Source: an uncultured Gemmatimonadales bacterium
Lineage (GTDB): Bacteria; Gemmatimonadota; Gemmatimonadetes; Gemmatimonadales; Gemmatimonadaceae
Assembly (NCBI GenBank): GCA_963793305.1
Contig: CAWBZV010000003.1
Coordinates: 544,001 to 608,000, forward strand
Reading direction: 5' to 3'
DNA length: 64,000 nucleotides
Shown here: in pieces, positions 20,036-30,331 of the stretch
Position numbering within the stretch: position 1 is the first letter of the stretch
Layout: every line of letters starts with the position of its first letter
Notes under the pieces: generated by a model
The model's input: the letters and a program-made list of their open reading frames with translations, nothing else
What the model was told of the DNA's origin: nothing
Database searches by the model: none
Made by a program: the position numbers and the translations under genes

Positions 20036-20607
20036 TCAGTGACGGGTCGTGTGACTCACGCGAGTAACGCGTTGTTGCCGAGCACGACCGGCACCGACCG
20101 AAGCCCGTTTCGAGATCGGTCGAACACGGTGACACGCCGAGGCGTCTGTGCCGGACATAAAGAAATCGTTAAATCCATGTCGTCAATGGGTTTTGAATTA
20201 GCCACGGCTTGGATCGTGCAAATCGCCGCGGTACGGCAGACTCGGAAGGCGCGTGAAGATCCAGAGTGACGAAGCTTCTCCCGAAGATGAGAATAGACGG
20301 CGCGAGAGTGGCGGGAGTCTGCGCGTGCAGGTCGAGGCGCTGGACGTCGTGTTGGTCCAGGCCCACGACGGCGGCGAGTACGACACCGTACAACTGGGAA
20401 GCGGCGAAGTCCGGGTCTTGCTGTCGGCCCGTTTCCGAGCCCGTTTCTCCCGGCAAACTCCGTCATTCGGGGCAGGGAACCACGGCGCCGATGCCCGGTT
20501 CTCCTCTGGACGCCATCAAGTTGACGGGCTTTCGATACCCCTTAGCTTGGTTTGCAACCAGGAGGTCAGGACATCGCGAGTGTCAGGTTCTCCGAGGCCT
20601 GCACGTC

Positions 20608-21073
20608 TTACGCGTACAAGTCGAGGGGCCCCGGCGTCACCGTAGTTTGCCCAACTTCGATCAGATATGCATCCGGATCGCGCATAACAGCGCATCTCCG
20701 TCGCATGGACTTTCGGCTCGGTGATGAACTGCGCTCCGCGCGATGACCACAGGTCATAGCAACGCTTGATATCGGCGACGCGAAGATTGAGAAAGTAGCT
20801 GAGGACGTTCCGGATCGCGCGGAGGCGCGGCGAGCACCTTGGGTTTGTCATCGGTCGGGCCGCCTCCGACATTGTTGATGATCCAGATATTTCCCACTCG
20901 CAAGAATGTCGGTTTTCCCTCAGGACGGTCCCGCCCGGCACGTCGCGATAGAGCGCAACCGAGCGGGGCACATCTCGAACGACGAGCGTATTCGTGACGA
21001 TGAGCCGAGTCTCCGAGTCGTTCTCGTCTGAGCCACCGCGAACCCCGCCGCGATGTGCATCACGCGTGGTCAT
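20608..21073 (-). pseudogene. VOC/glyoxalase-family gene with three frameshifts
   Basis: Segments LVVRDVPRSVALY, GGGPTDDKP, FLNLRVADI...GAQFITEP and MRDPDAYLIEVGQ require three frame changes. Confidence 0.75.
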
Positions 21074-21176
21074 GCTGGCTGATGAGTGGTTCGAACCGGC
21101 GGTCGGGGACGAGCCACATCACGGCCACCGCTACGAGAATCCCATCCGAGACAATCGTAGAGAAGAACGCCGAGGC
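21060..21176 (-). pseudogene. 3' remnant of a TMEM175/DUF1211-family gene
   Basis: Reads AFFSTIVSDGILVAVAVMWLVPDRRFE; I recall WLVPDRR as the typical bacterial DUF1211 C-terminus. No 5' part is visible. Confidence 0.55.
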
Positions 21177-21742
21177 GAATCGCGCATGTCGCACAACCAG
21201 ATCCGAGTGTACGACCCAGACGGGCTACTAGCCGATAAACATCCCTAGGGATGATGGCATCAGGACACTAGCCCTCATCCGGCTATCGATATGCTACGCA
21301 GCTGGTGCCTAACGTGATTGCGCGTGGTGGTCGCAGCGGCGGCCAAGGCGTCCGGATCGTGGGTCGTGATTCGGACGGCGCCGCCGCGTGGCAGGTCGGA
21401 CACTGCGTACGTGATCGCGTTGCGCTTGGCGGCCAGCAACCATTGATTGATGCCGCCCGAGCGTCGAGCGATCGCGGCCTCCCTACCTTGAAGCGAATAC
21501 AGGAGAAGCTCGCTCGCTGACAACCCGCCCTGGTGCGGCACCTCGTCCTTCCGCGCGGCGGAAGCGCTCATCGGCGAGACACGGGCTTCCTGAGGTCGGC
21601 CGCTGGACTGCACGCTGCTCTCTTGCAGCCGCCATCGCGCTGGCGCGGGAATGCGTCGAGGCAGCAGGCCGTCGGTGAGTCCACTGCCGCGTCTCGACAC
21701 CGACCTCGCGAGGGCACACGCAAATGGACGGCGATGATTACG

Positions 21743-22372
21743 TCAATACAGACCGGCGTAGCACAGGACGGCCACATAGTGACACACACTGCCGCCAAGG
21801 ACGAACACGTGCCACATCGCGTGCGCGTAGCGACGCGGGAGAGCATAGAACGCGACGCCGCCGGTATAGAACAGACCACCGGCCACCAGCCAGAGCACGC
21901 CACCGAGTGGCACGTGGGCAAGCATCGGCTTGATCGCCACCACGATGAGCCAGCCCATCAGGATGTAGGTCACAGTCATCGCCCGCGTCATGCATCGCCC
22001 AGCAACGGCGGTGCACGTCACGCCCGTTGCTGCCAGTGTCCAGATGATCGCACACAAACTCCATCCCCACGCGCCCCGAAGATTGAGCAGTGCGAACGGT
22101 GTGTATGTGCCCGCGATCAGGAGGTAGATGGCCGCATGGTCCAGCACCCGTAGCGTGTTCTTGGCCCGCGGATGGGGAATCGCATGGTACAGAGTGGACG
22201 CCGCGTAGAGCGCGACGAGCGTCACGGCGTAGATCGCGTCACTCGACACCCAGAGTGCATTGTGCCGGCCGATCGTGAGCGCGAGCAGCGTCACGCCGCC
22301 GGCGACACTCGCCACGAGTCCAACCCCATGCGTGACGCTGTTGGCGATCTCCTCGCCGAGCGTATAAGCCAT
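21743..22372 (-). CDS. Hemolysin III / PAQR-family membrane protein
   Basis: EEIANSVTHG, STLYHA, DHAAIYLLIAGTYTPF, HAMWHVFVLGGSVCH. Confidence 0.93.
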   Translation of the reverse strand: MAYTLGEEIANSVTHGVGLVASVAGGVTLLALTIGRHNALWVSSDAIYAVTLVALYAASTLYHAIPHPRAKNTLRVLDHAAIYLLIAGTYTPFALLNLRGAWGWSLCAIIWTLAATGVTCTAVAGRCMTRAMTVTYILMGWLIVVAIKPMLAHVPLGGVLWLVAGGLFYTGGVAFYALPRRYAHAMWHVFVLGGSVCHYVAVLCYAGLY

Positions 22373-22761
22373 GGGTACGGAGTATCGTCCGCGGAAGGCT
22401 GCCACGGTAGCGCGAGTCCGACCAGCTGCGCGACCTCGCCTTTCGCCTTCCGCATTTCGTATCGCCGTGTCATGGCGGGGTTGGCGTGTCTCAATGTGTT
22501 CGCCCGCATCTGGCGGCAGCGTAAGGTTTGGCATGTGAGCGGCAGCGTGCGGCCGGCTATATCGTTGCCCAACGGTGGAATGGTGCCATCTCCGCCAACG
22601 TCGCATAGGAAATTGCAGAAATCCGGCGGTAACTTGCTCGACGCGCTCTGCGACGTGTTCGACGTCACGCTTGGCGAGCTTCTGGAGCACGAGAGAAAGG
22701 GTACGTCGCCGTCGCGGATGCGCCTAACACGTTGGGGTCTCCCCCGAGGCATGGCACCAAT

Positions 22762-23067
22762 ATGATCGACTTGCGCGTGGTCGAGGGAGCCGTGCGAATC
22801 AAGATTCGCGTGCAGCCGAAGGCGCGGCGGAGCGGGATAGATGGCGTGCACGGGGATGCGCTCAAGGTGCGTGTCGCCGCACCGCCGGTCGACGGCAAAG
22901 CGAACGCCGCCGTGGTTGCTCTGCTGGCCCAGGAGCTCGGCGTCGCGCGCAGCGCGGTATCGATCACCGTGGGCGAGGGGTCGCGCGACAAGGTCGTCGA
23001 GATCCAGGGCGTTTCGGTTGAGCAGATGCGGCGGGCACTCGATCGAGCGCTAGCAACCGCTGAATGA
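22762..23067 (+). CDS. DUF167 (YggU-like) protein
   Basis: RVQPKARRS...LKVRVAAPPVDGKAN...GEGSRDK. Confidence 0.9.
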   Translation: MIDLRVVEGAVRIKIRVQPKARRSGIDGVHGDALKVRVAAPPVDGKANAAVVALLAQELGVARSAVSITVGEGSRDKVVEIQGVSVEQMRRALDRALATAE

Positions 23068-23151
23068 GGTGGTTGGGATGTCAGGATTCCCCTGACAGAA
23101 GTGTCGGGCATTCCCGGACACCGAGTCACACGAACGCCCATAAATATCCGG

Positions 23152-23894
23152 ATGCACATCTTCGTCGTCGGGAGCGACGGGCGACGATCCTCCGCCGGTG
23201 CCATTCAGGTAGCGGACCGCCTGGCTCGGCGGAGTGGTGGCACGGCCCAGCTTGTGACCGTGGGCGATAGCGCAATGAGCCGGGTGGCATCCGCCCTCCT
23301 TGACGACTTGGTCACTTCGCCAACCGACTGGACGCACACGGTGGTTGCCGGCGATGTCGTGGACGTCCTCGCGCGCACCGGCGGACCGTCGCTGCTGGTC
23401 GTTGGCCTGCCGGTGTCATCACCTCGGCGCACGGTGCTTGCCCTCGCTGCCGCGGCCGGCGCTCCCATGTTGTGTTCCTCCTGAGGTCTCAGAGCTGCCG
23501 CGGTGTGCCGTCCTGGCAATGGACTTCGGACGGACCAGTCTTCGCGCCGCTGCCGTCGCGCTCCGGTTGCTCAAGCGTCCCGGGCGCGCATACACGGTAT
23601 CCGCGGAAAAATTGACAACCGCAGGATCCTCTGAGCCGCACCTTGACGTATTGCTCGACGCGTTCGAGGACCAGCTCGGACAGCCCCGAGACATCACGAT
23701 GGGCCGCCGCCGGATTGCCGGCGACCCCGTGTCAGCGATCCTGGATACGTCGGCAAGAGGAAGCAGATCTCATCGCGCTCGGCCGCTCTGGCTGGTCCCG
23801 ATCGTCACGCACCCAATCGGACCACCTCGGTCATGTTGCGCAGGCGGTGCTGCGCTTGGCGTCGTGCAGTGTCCTCCTCGCGCCCCCGAGTTGA
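23152..23894 (+). pseudogene. Tandem-domain universal stress protein, two frameshifts (~23472, ~23750)
   Basis: VVGSDG..S..A; AVLAMDFGRTSLRAA; GDPVSAIL; ADLIALGRSG...LGHVAQAVLRLASCSVLLAP, spread over three frames. Confidence 0.7.
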
Positions 23895-23907
23895 GCGCCC
23901 GTCTGGC

Positions 23908-23925
23908 GTTGAACCCACGTTCAAT
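23908..23925. promoter_or_regulatory. 18-bp TetR-type palindrome GTTGAAC-CCAC-GTTCAAT
   Basis: Same length and geometry as the two boxes at 35841-35890; followed by GTAGACT (compare GTATAGT at 35859). Confidence 0.55.
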
Positions 23926-23936
23926 GTAGACTGATC

Positions 23937-24875
23937 TTGTCCGCCCGACTCGAGACTCCCGTCCGTATGCGTCAGCCTCCGCCCGCCGACTTATCGCCGC
24001 CTCTCTCGCGCACGACCGAGCTCAATAAGCTCTTGCGGCAGCTCGCGCCGAGGCTCGGCAAAATCGCTGGAGGACGCCTCGACGTCGCGGTCATATCGAG
24101 CCCAGGTCCGGCGTACGTGACGGGAGACGACGTGACCCTGGCGCAGCTGGTTATCACGGCTGTCAGCCGCGCCCGCGAGCATGCGCTCCCGGGTGCCTGG
24201 ATCGTAGCCGCCGTGACGCCCGAGGTGATGCTCGGCGACGGCGTTGCCCGTCTTGGCCCGCGGGCGGGCGAGTCGGTTATGCTCTCGCTGTGCGGTAGTG
24301 GGATCGACCCCGTCGCTTGGGACGAATGGTCCGAGACGGCAAACCAATGTGGGAGCGTCGAGGTCGACATCGTGCCGGGCCTCGGTTCGGCAGCTCACGT
24401 CTATTTTCCTGTCGAGTCGCGAGGCCAATCGCTGATGGCCCGTGGCGGAGGCGGCGCATCGTCACGACGCACGGTTCTGGCGTGGCTCGCCGACGCCGGC
24501 TCCGGTGGACTCACACGCGATTTGCTGGATGCAACGGGATTCCACGTCCGGTCCGTCACGACGGCGGCCGAGGTCCTGTACCAACTGTCGGCTCGATCAT
24601 CGGATGCCGACATCCTCTTGGCTGACGTGGCGCTGGATCCGAGTCTCGTGGCGCCGGTCACGGATGCGTTGAGCCGCCTGCATCCGGGCATGCCGATCGT
24701 CCGCGTTCGTGCGGACCAGAGCGCCGAAGGGCATGTCGTGCGACTCGATCCTGAGCCGGACCCCACCGCGATGGCCGCGGCCGGACCAGCGAGCTCGGCG
24801 CGGGCGTTGGTGAGTGTGCTGCGGCACGAGCTCGCGGGACGCGGACGAAGCGCGCGCGCTTCCGCCTGGAGTTAG
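23937..24875 (+). CDS. Degenerate HATPase-like + receiver-like protein (C-terminal part of a hybrid kinase)
   Basis: LAQLVITAV, VMLSLCGSGID, GSVEVDIVPGLGSAAHVYFP, then receiver-like GFHVRSVTTAAE...ADILLADV. No H-box and degenerate N/G boxes. Confidence 0.6.
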   Translation: MSARLETPVRMRQPPPADLSPPLSRTTELNKLLRQLAPRLGKIAGGRLDVAVISSPGPAYVTGDDVTLAQLVITAVSRAREHALPGAWIVAAVTPEVMLGDGVARLGPRAGESVMLSLCGSGIDPVAWDEWSETANQCGSVEVDIVPGLGSAAHVYFPVESRGQSLMARGGGGASSRRTVLAWLADAGSGGLTRDLLDATGFHVRSVTTAAEVLYQLSARSSDADILLADVALDPSLVAPVTDALSRLHPGMPIVRVRADQSAEGHVVRLDPEPDPTAMAAAGPASSARALVSVLRHELAGRGRSARASAWS

Positions 24876-24893
24876 TTCCCTGGTTTCTTCAGT

Positions 24894-25571
24894 ATGCAAT
24901 TGACGCTGCGGCAAGCAGCCTCATATCTCAACGTGCCCGAGGGCACGGTCCGCAAGTGGATCAGCGCGCGTGGCTTGCCGGTGCACCGCGTCAACGAGCG
25001 TCTCCACTGCAACGCGCTCGAGCTGTGGGAGTGGGCAGTCGAGCAGGGCATTCCGGTTTCCGAGAAGCTACTCGAGCAGGCGCGTCGCGCACCGGAGGAG
25101 GTCCCGCCGATATCGGCGCTCCTAGCGACGGGCGGCATCCATCGGGATCTGGACGGCGCGACCACCAAACCGGACGTGCTGCGCGCGCTGGTCCTCGCGT
25201 TGCCATTGCCGGCCGAGGTCGACCGCGAATTCCTCATCTCGGTGCTCGAAGCGCGCGAGGCACTCGGCTCGACGGGCATCGGCGACGGGATCGCCATTCC
25301 CCACGTGCGCAACCCGATCCTGCTCCATGTGACGAAGCCATTCGTCGCGCTCGCCTTGCTGCGGCATCCCGTGGACTTCGATGCCGTGGACGGCAAGCCG
25401 GTCAACGCGCTCTTTCTCGTCGTCAGCCCGACCGTGCCGGCGCATCTGCGCATCCTCGCGCAACTCGGCGCGCTCCTCCGCGATCCGGAGTTGAGACGCC
25501 TGCTGCACGCGAATGCACCGACCGCCGCGCTGACTCAACGGATCGCCGCGCTCGAGGCGCCATCGAAATGA
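24894..25571 (+). CDS. Excisionase-like HTH fused to PTS IIA (Ntr/fructose type) domain
   Basis: LTLRQAASYLNVPEGTVRKWI HTH; REALGSTGIGDGIAIPH phospho-His motif; DFDAVDGKPV. Confidence 0.9.
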   Translation: MQLTLRQAASYLNVPEGTVRKWISARGLPVHRVNERLHCNALELWEWAVEQGIPVSEKLLEQARRAPEEVPPISALLATGGIHRDLDGATTKPDVLRALVLALPLPAEVDREFLISVLEAREALGSTGIGDGIAIPHVRNPILLHVTKPFVALALLRHPVDFDAVDGKPVNALFLVVSPTVPAHLRILAQLGALLRDPELRRLLHANAPTAALTQRIAALEAPSK

Positions 25572-27502
25572 TCGCGCTCGGCATCGGTGTCCTCTCGTGG
25601 CTCCTCGGCGCCGGCGCGGCATTCGTGTTTCGGCGGCGTCGAGTCGCGGCCGTGATCGGCGTGAGCAGCGCGGTTGCGGGCGGCGCGGCCATCTGTCTCG
25701 CAGGAGCGCGAGCACTCGTCACCGGTGCGGCGGAGACGTGGAGCGGGCCGTGGAACGTCCCGGCCGGGGCCCTCGCGTTCCGGCTCGATCCGCTCGCGGC
25801 CGTGTTCCTGCTGCCGATCGCGGTAATCGGCGCGCTCTGCGCAGTCTACGGTGTCGCATACCTGCGTCGTCACGCTGGCGGCGGCACGATCGGTGGCTCG
25901 CTCGCCGCGTACAACCTGCTGCTCGCGAGCATGGCGGTCGTCGTCACGGCGAGTAACCTCGTCCTGTTCCTCGTGGCCTGGGAGCTCATGACGCTCTCCT
26001 CATGGGTCCTCGTCGTCAGCGACCACGAGATCGCCGCGGTGCGAGCAGCGGGTCGGCTCTATCTCATCGCCGGCCATATCGCCACGGCGGCCCTCGTGCT
26101 CTTGGGGCTCCTGCTGGCGGCCGATCGCGGGACGTTCGCGATCGAAAGCACTACCGTCCACGGCCTGCGCACGCTGCTCTTTCTCCTCATGCTCGTCGGA
26201 TTCGGGACGAAGGCCGGCATCGTGCCCATGCACGTCTGGCTACCCGATGCGCACCCGGCGGCGCCATCCCATGTGTCGGCGCTCATGTCCGCCGTCATGA
26301 TCACGATGGGATTCTACGGGCTCGCCCGATTCTTACCCGTCCTCGGACCCCCGGAGCTCTGGTGGGCATACCTGCTCATGACCCTCGGCGCGGCTGGCGC
26401 TGCCTGCGGCGTCCTCTTCGCCATTGCCCAGGACGACGTCAAGCGGTCACTCGCCTACTCCACGATCGAGAACGCGGGAATCGCGACATTCGCGATGGGA
26501 CTCGGCCTGCTCGCGACCGCGCTCGGCCAACCGCTCCTCGCCGGACTGGCGTGGACCGCCATGCTGCTCCACCTCTGGAATCACGCCCTCGCCAAAGCGC
26601 TCGTCTTCCTCGGCTTCGGCGCCGTCGCCCAGGGCGCCCACACTCGTCGGCTCGACGCGCTCGGCGGCATGCTGGCGCGGTGGCGAACCGTGGGCGCAAC
26701 CCTCATCCTGGGCGCCGGCGCCATCGCGTCGTTGCCAGGGCTCAATGTCTTCACCAGTGAATGGTTGATCCTGCGCGGCCTCGTGCTCGGCGTGCTCACG
26801 CTCAAGGGCGCGCCGCTCGTCGCGATGCTCGTCGGCCTCGGCGCGCTCGCGCTCACGGGCGGCGTGGCGATCACGTGCTTCACCCGACTCGTCGGGATCG
26901 GGCTCTTGGGCGTGCCCCGCACGGCGGCCGCCGCGACGGCCGTCGAGCCGGGATGGGCGATGCGGGCGCCGATGCTCGCCCTGGCCGCCGGCTGCCTGGC
27001 GCTCGCGGCCCTTCCCATGTACGCCGCCGGCGCTCTGGCCCCTGCCGTGCTCACCATCGCACCTGGGGTCGATGTCGCGGGAGCGCGCGTCGCGGTGCAA
27101 CCGCTCGCCGTGCTTCTCCCCCTCATCGCGGTTCTGGCGGGCGTCGTATTGATCGTCCGCATCGCGCTGGGCCGCCCCGGGCTTGCGCGCCAGTCGGCCA
27201 CGTGGGCCTGTGGGTACGCGGACGTGCGCCCATCTATGGAGTACACCGGGACATCGTTCAGCGAGCCGCTGACACGGCTCGCCGATCCGCTCCTGCATAT
27301 GCGCATCGAGTATAGCCCCGAGCGCGCACGCTGGACGTCATCGACGCCCGATCGGGCGCTGGTCGGATTCTACGAACCCGTGTTCACCGCGATCGGTCGC
27401 GCTGGCGCCCGCGCTCGACGGCTCGCATCGCCGCGCATCACGACATCGATCCTCCTGATCGTGCTCACGATCCTGGCGCTCGTGGGGCTGCTCTTTCTGT
27501 GA
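25568..27502 (+). CDS. hyfB: HyfB/NuoL-like antiporter subunit, copy 1 (Ehr complex)
   Basis: FLVAWELM, GFGTKAGIVPMHVWLPDAHPAAPSHVSALMS, NHALAKAL, WACGY. Confidence 0.85.
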   Translation: MIALGIGVLSWLLGAGAAFVFRRRRVAAVIGVSSAVAGGAAICLAGARALVTGAAETWSGPWNVPAGALAFRLDPLAAVFLLPIAVIGALCAVYGVAYLRRHAGGGTIGGSLAAYNLLLASMAVVVTASNLVLFLVAWELMTLSSWVLVVSDHEIAAVRAAGRLYLIAGHIATAALVLLGLLLAADRGTFAIESTTVHGLRTLLFLLMLVGFGTKAGIVPMHVWLPDAHPAAPSHVSALMSAVMITMGFYGLARFLPVLGPPELWWAYLLMTLGAAGAACGVLFAIAQDDVKRSLAYSTIENAGIATFAMGLGLLATALGQPLLAGLAWTAMLLHLWNHALAKALVFLGFGAVAQGAHTRRLDALGGMLARWRTVGATLILGAGAIASLPGLNVFTSEWLILRGLVLGVLTLKGAPLVAMLVGLGALALTGGVAITCFTRLVGIGLLGVPRTAAAATAVEPGWAMRAPMLALAAGCLALAALPMYAAGALAPAVLTIAPGVDVAGARVAVQPLAVLLPLIAVLAGVVLIVRIALGRPGLARQSATWACGYADVRPSMEYTGTSFSEPLTRLADPLLHMRIEYSPERARWTSSTPDRALVGFYEPVFTAIGRAGARARRLASPRITTSILLIVLTILALVGLLFL

Positions 27503-29421
27503 GTGTCGTCGCCGTCAGCGTCGGTCTCATCCTGGCTGGCGGCCTCGCCGCACTCGTCGAGCCGCGACTGTTCCGCCTGCTGGTCGGCCTCGGATGCCTC
27601 GTCGGCGCCGGAGCCGCGATCGCGTCCCTCGTTGGGGTCGACATTCAGGATGCGCGAGTGCCAGCCGCAGTCCCCGGCGGCCCGTGGGTCTTCGGACTGG
27701 ATGCGCTGTCTGGTGCGTTTCTGTTGGCGATCACGATCGTCGGCGCCGCGTGCGCGTTCTACGGTGTCCCGTACCTTTCGGGCGCCGGAGCGCGCCGCGC
27801 TCACGCACTCGTGGCGCTGCTCGTTGCCGACATGGCGGTTCTCGTCACCACCCGCGCGGTGCTGCCGTTCCTGATCGCATGGGAGATCATGGCCATCGCG
27901 TCGTACCTGCTCATCGTTTACGAGTATCAACGACGGGAAGTGCGGCGCGCGGGCTTGCTGTTTCTCGTCGCCACGCACGCGAGCACGCTGGCCCTCTATG
28001 TGTTGTTCGCGCTGTGGGGGCGTGAGGCCAAAGACTTGACGTTCGCCGCGCTCGCGGCGAGCGCACCGGGCCTTCCCGCGGGCGGCGCGGTGGTGCTCAC
28101 CCTCGCACTCGTCGCGTTCGGCATCAAAGCCGGCATCGTGCCGTTTCACATCTGGCTCCCGGAGGCCCACGCGGCGGCTCCGTCGCACATCTCCGCGCTC
28201 ATGTCCGGCGTTGTCATCAAGATGGGCATCTACGGTGTGATGCGGGTGATCGCCCTCTTGGGCGTACCGCCAGCCTGGTGGGGCTGGCTCGTCCTCGCAC
28301 TCGGGGTCGTCTCCGGCATCCTGGGCGTCGTCTGGGCACTGGCGCAGCACGATGTGAAGCGCCTCCTCGCCTTCCACAGCGTGGAGAACATTGGGATCAT
28401 TCTTTTCGGCGTCGGCGTGGGCGCGCTCGGGCTCACGTACGGATTGCCGATCGTAGCCGTATTGGGATTCGCGGGGGCGATCCTGCACACCCTCAACCAC
28501 GCGCTCTTCAAGAGTTTGTTGTTCCTTGGCGCGGGTTCGGTGATCCACGCGACGGGGACACGCGACTTGGACCGCCTTGGCGGCCTTGCCCCGCGCATGC
28601 CGCTCACGGCGATCGCGTTTCTCGTGGGCTCGGCCGCGATCGTCGGCCTGCCGCCGCTCAACGGCTTCGTCAGCGAGTGGCTGATTTACCGCTCGCTGCT
28701 CACGAGCGGCGTCGCGGCGAGCGAGATACGGATCGCCGTGCTGGCGGGCGGCGCGCTGGCGCTCATCGGTGCGCTCGCGCTGGCCTGCTTCGCCAAAGTC
28801 GTGGGCGTAATATTCCTCGGGCGCGCGCGCGATGCCGCGGTCGCCGTCGCGCACGAGTCGCCGCGTGGCATGACATCGCCGTTCGTCGCGCTCGCCCTTG
28901 CCTGCATAGCCATCGGGGCGGCGCCGGCGTTGGTGGTGCCGTCCGCGTTCCGCGTTGGGACGTTGCTCACTGGCGGATCGGCCGCACCGTTCGCATCCGG
29001 CGGTGATCCAGCCTCGGCCACGCTCACGATCGGCACATTCGCGTTGTGGGCCGTGCTCGTCTTCGCGTTCGTGTTCCGCGACTCGTGGTACAAGCGACCC
29101 ACGGTCGAGACCTGGGGATGCGGCTATAGCCTGCCCAATGCGCGCATGCAGTACACCAGCTCGTCGTTCGCCGCTCCGCTGGTCACGGCATTCCGCGCGG
29201 TCGCGGGCGTGCACACGCAGCGGTCGGCGCAGCGGTTTGCTACGCACGCCACCGATCCGGTGCTCGACGGCATTGCGCTGCCGGCGTGGGCGAGCATCCG
29301 CGCCGCGGCGCGCTGGTTGCACCCGTTCCGACGCGGCGGTCTGTCGCGCTCGCTCCTGTACGTGGTCGCCGCCATGCTCGTCGTGCTCCTCTACCTGACC
29401 CTCACCGCTCGCGCTGCATGA
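27499..29421 (+). CDS. hyfB: HyfB/NuoL-like antiporter subunit, copy 2 (Ehr complex)
   Basis: KAGIVPFHIWLPEAHAAAPSH, KRLLAFHSVENIG, NHALFKSLLFL, PPLNGFVSEW, TWGCGY. Confidence 0.88.
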   Translation: MSVVAVSVGLILAGGLAALVEPRLFRLLVGLGCLVGAGAAIASLVGVDIQDARVPAAVPGGPWVFGLDALSGAFLLAITIVGAACAFYGVPYLSGAGARRAHALVALLVADMAVLVTTRAVLPFLIAWEIMAIASYLLIVYEYQRREVRRAGLLFLVATHASTLALYVLFALWGREAKDLTFAALAASAPGLPAGGAVVLTLALVAFGIKAGIVPFHIWLPEAHAAAPSHISALMSGVVIKMGIYGVMRVIALLGVPPAWWGWLVLALGVVSGILGVVWALAQHDVKRLLAFHSVENIGIILFGVGVGALGLTYGLPIVAVLGFAGAILHTLNHALFKSLLFLGAGSVIHATGTRDLDRLGGLAPRMPLTAIAFLVGSAAIVGLPPLNGFVSEWLIYRSLLTSGVAASEIRIAVLAGGALALIGALALACFAKVVGVIFLGRARDAAVAVAHESPRGMTSPFVALALACIAIGAAPALVVPSAFRVGTLLTGGSAAPFASGGDPASATLTIGTFALWAVLVFAFVFRDSWYKRPTVETWGCGYSLPNARMQYTSSSFAAPLVTAFRAVAGVHTQRSAQRFATHATDPVLDGIALPAWASIRAAARWLHPFRRGGLSRSLLYVVAAMLVVLLYLTLTARAA

Positions 29422-30329
29422 GCGTCGCCCAGGCCGTCGCCCTCGCGGTGTTGCTCCTCGGCGCGCCCGCTCTCCCGGGGATCGCGACCAAGACGAAAGC
29501 GGTGCTCGCTGGCCGGCGCGGGCCGCCGGTGCTGCAGCTGTACTATGACCTGGGAAAACTGGTTCGCAAGGGCTCGGTGTATAGCACAACGACCACGTGG
29601 GTCTTTCGCTTGGGGCCCATCATTCTGGTGGTCTCCCTGCTCGCCGCGGCGCTGTTGTTGCCACTCGACGGACGAGTCGCGCCGGCTCGATTCAGCGGCG
29701 ACCTCGTCGCGTTCGCCGGGCTGCTCGCCTTGGGCCGCTTCGCGCTCGTGCTCGCCGGACTGGACACCGGATCGAGCTTCGAGGGTATGGGGGCGAGCCG
29801 CGAAGTCACGTTCGCGAGCTTCGCCGAGCCCGCGCTCTTTCTCTGCTTCGCCGCGCTCGTGCTCGCGACCGGTGACGCCTCGCTGTCCGGCATGCTCGGC
29901 GCGCCGATCGGTGCGGCATGGTCGCACGCCCCCGCCAGCTTGAGCCTCGTGGGCTTGAGTCTCTTTGTGTTGCTCCTGGCCGAGAATTCGCGCGTCCCGG
30001 TCGACGATCCGGCGACGCATCTCGAGCTCACGATGATCCACGAGGTGATCGTGCTCGACCACAGCGGGCCGGACTTCGCACTCATTCTCTATGGTAGCGC
30101 GCTCAAGCTCGCCTTGTTCGGCGCGCTCCTGGTCGGCGTCTTCGTGCCGCGCGCGACGCTCGGGGTGCCGGTCGCCATGGTGCTGCTCGCGCTCGGCCTC
30201 GCGTTCGTCGGCGTCGCCGTCGGTATCGTCGAGTCGGTGATCGCGCGGCTTCGTCTCACGCAAGTCCCGACGCTCCTCACCGGATCCGCCGTCATCGCGC
30301 TCTTTGGTATCGTCCTCTTGCTCCGCTAG
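29418..30329 (+). CDS. hyfC: HyfC/HycD (NuoH-like) membrane subunit
   Basis: GRRGPPVLQLYYDL, DTGSSFEGMGASRE, AENSRVPVDDPATHLELTMIHE. Confidence 0.9.
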   Translation: MSVAQAVALAVLLLGAPALPGIATKTKAVLAGRRGPPVLQLYYDLGKLVRKGSVYSTTTTWVFRLGPIILVVSLLAAALLLPLDGRVAPARFSGDLVAFAGLLALGRFALVLAGLDTGSSFEGMGASREVTFASFAEPALFLCFAALVLATGDASLSGMLGAPIGAAWSHAPASLSLVGLSLFVLLLAENSRVPVDDPATHLELTMIHEVIVLDHSGPDFALILYGSALKLALFGALLVGVFVPRATLGVPVAMVLLALGLAFVGVAVGIVESVIARLRLTQVPTLLTGSAVIALFGIVLLLR

Positions 30330-30331
30330 CC

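Noticed and set aside
27370..29589. Long antisense and alternate-frame ORFs (e.g. 27370-29589 minus, 1257-2867 minus, 33578-35677 plus)
   Set aside because: These are Arg/Ala/Pro-rich shadow frames over well-supported genes, as expected in high-GC DNA.
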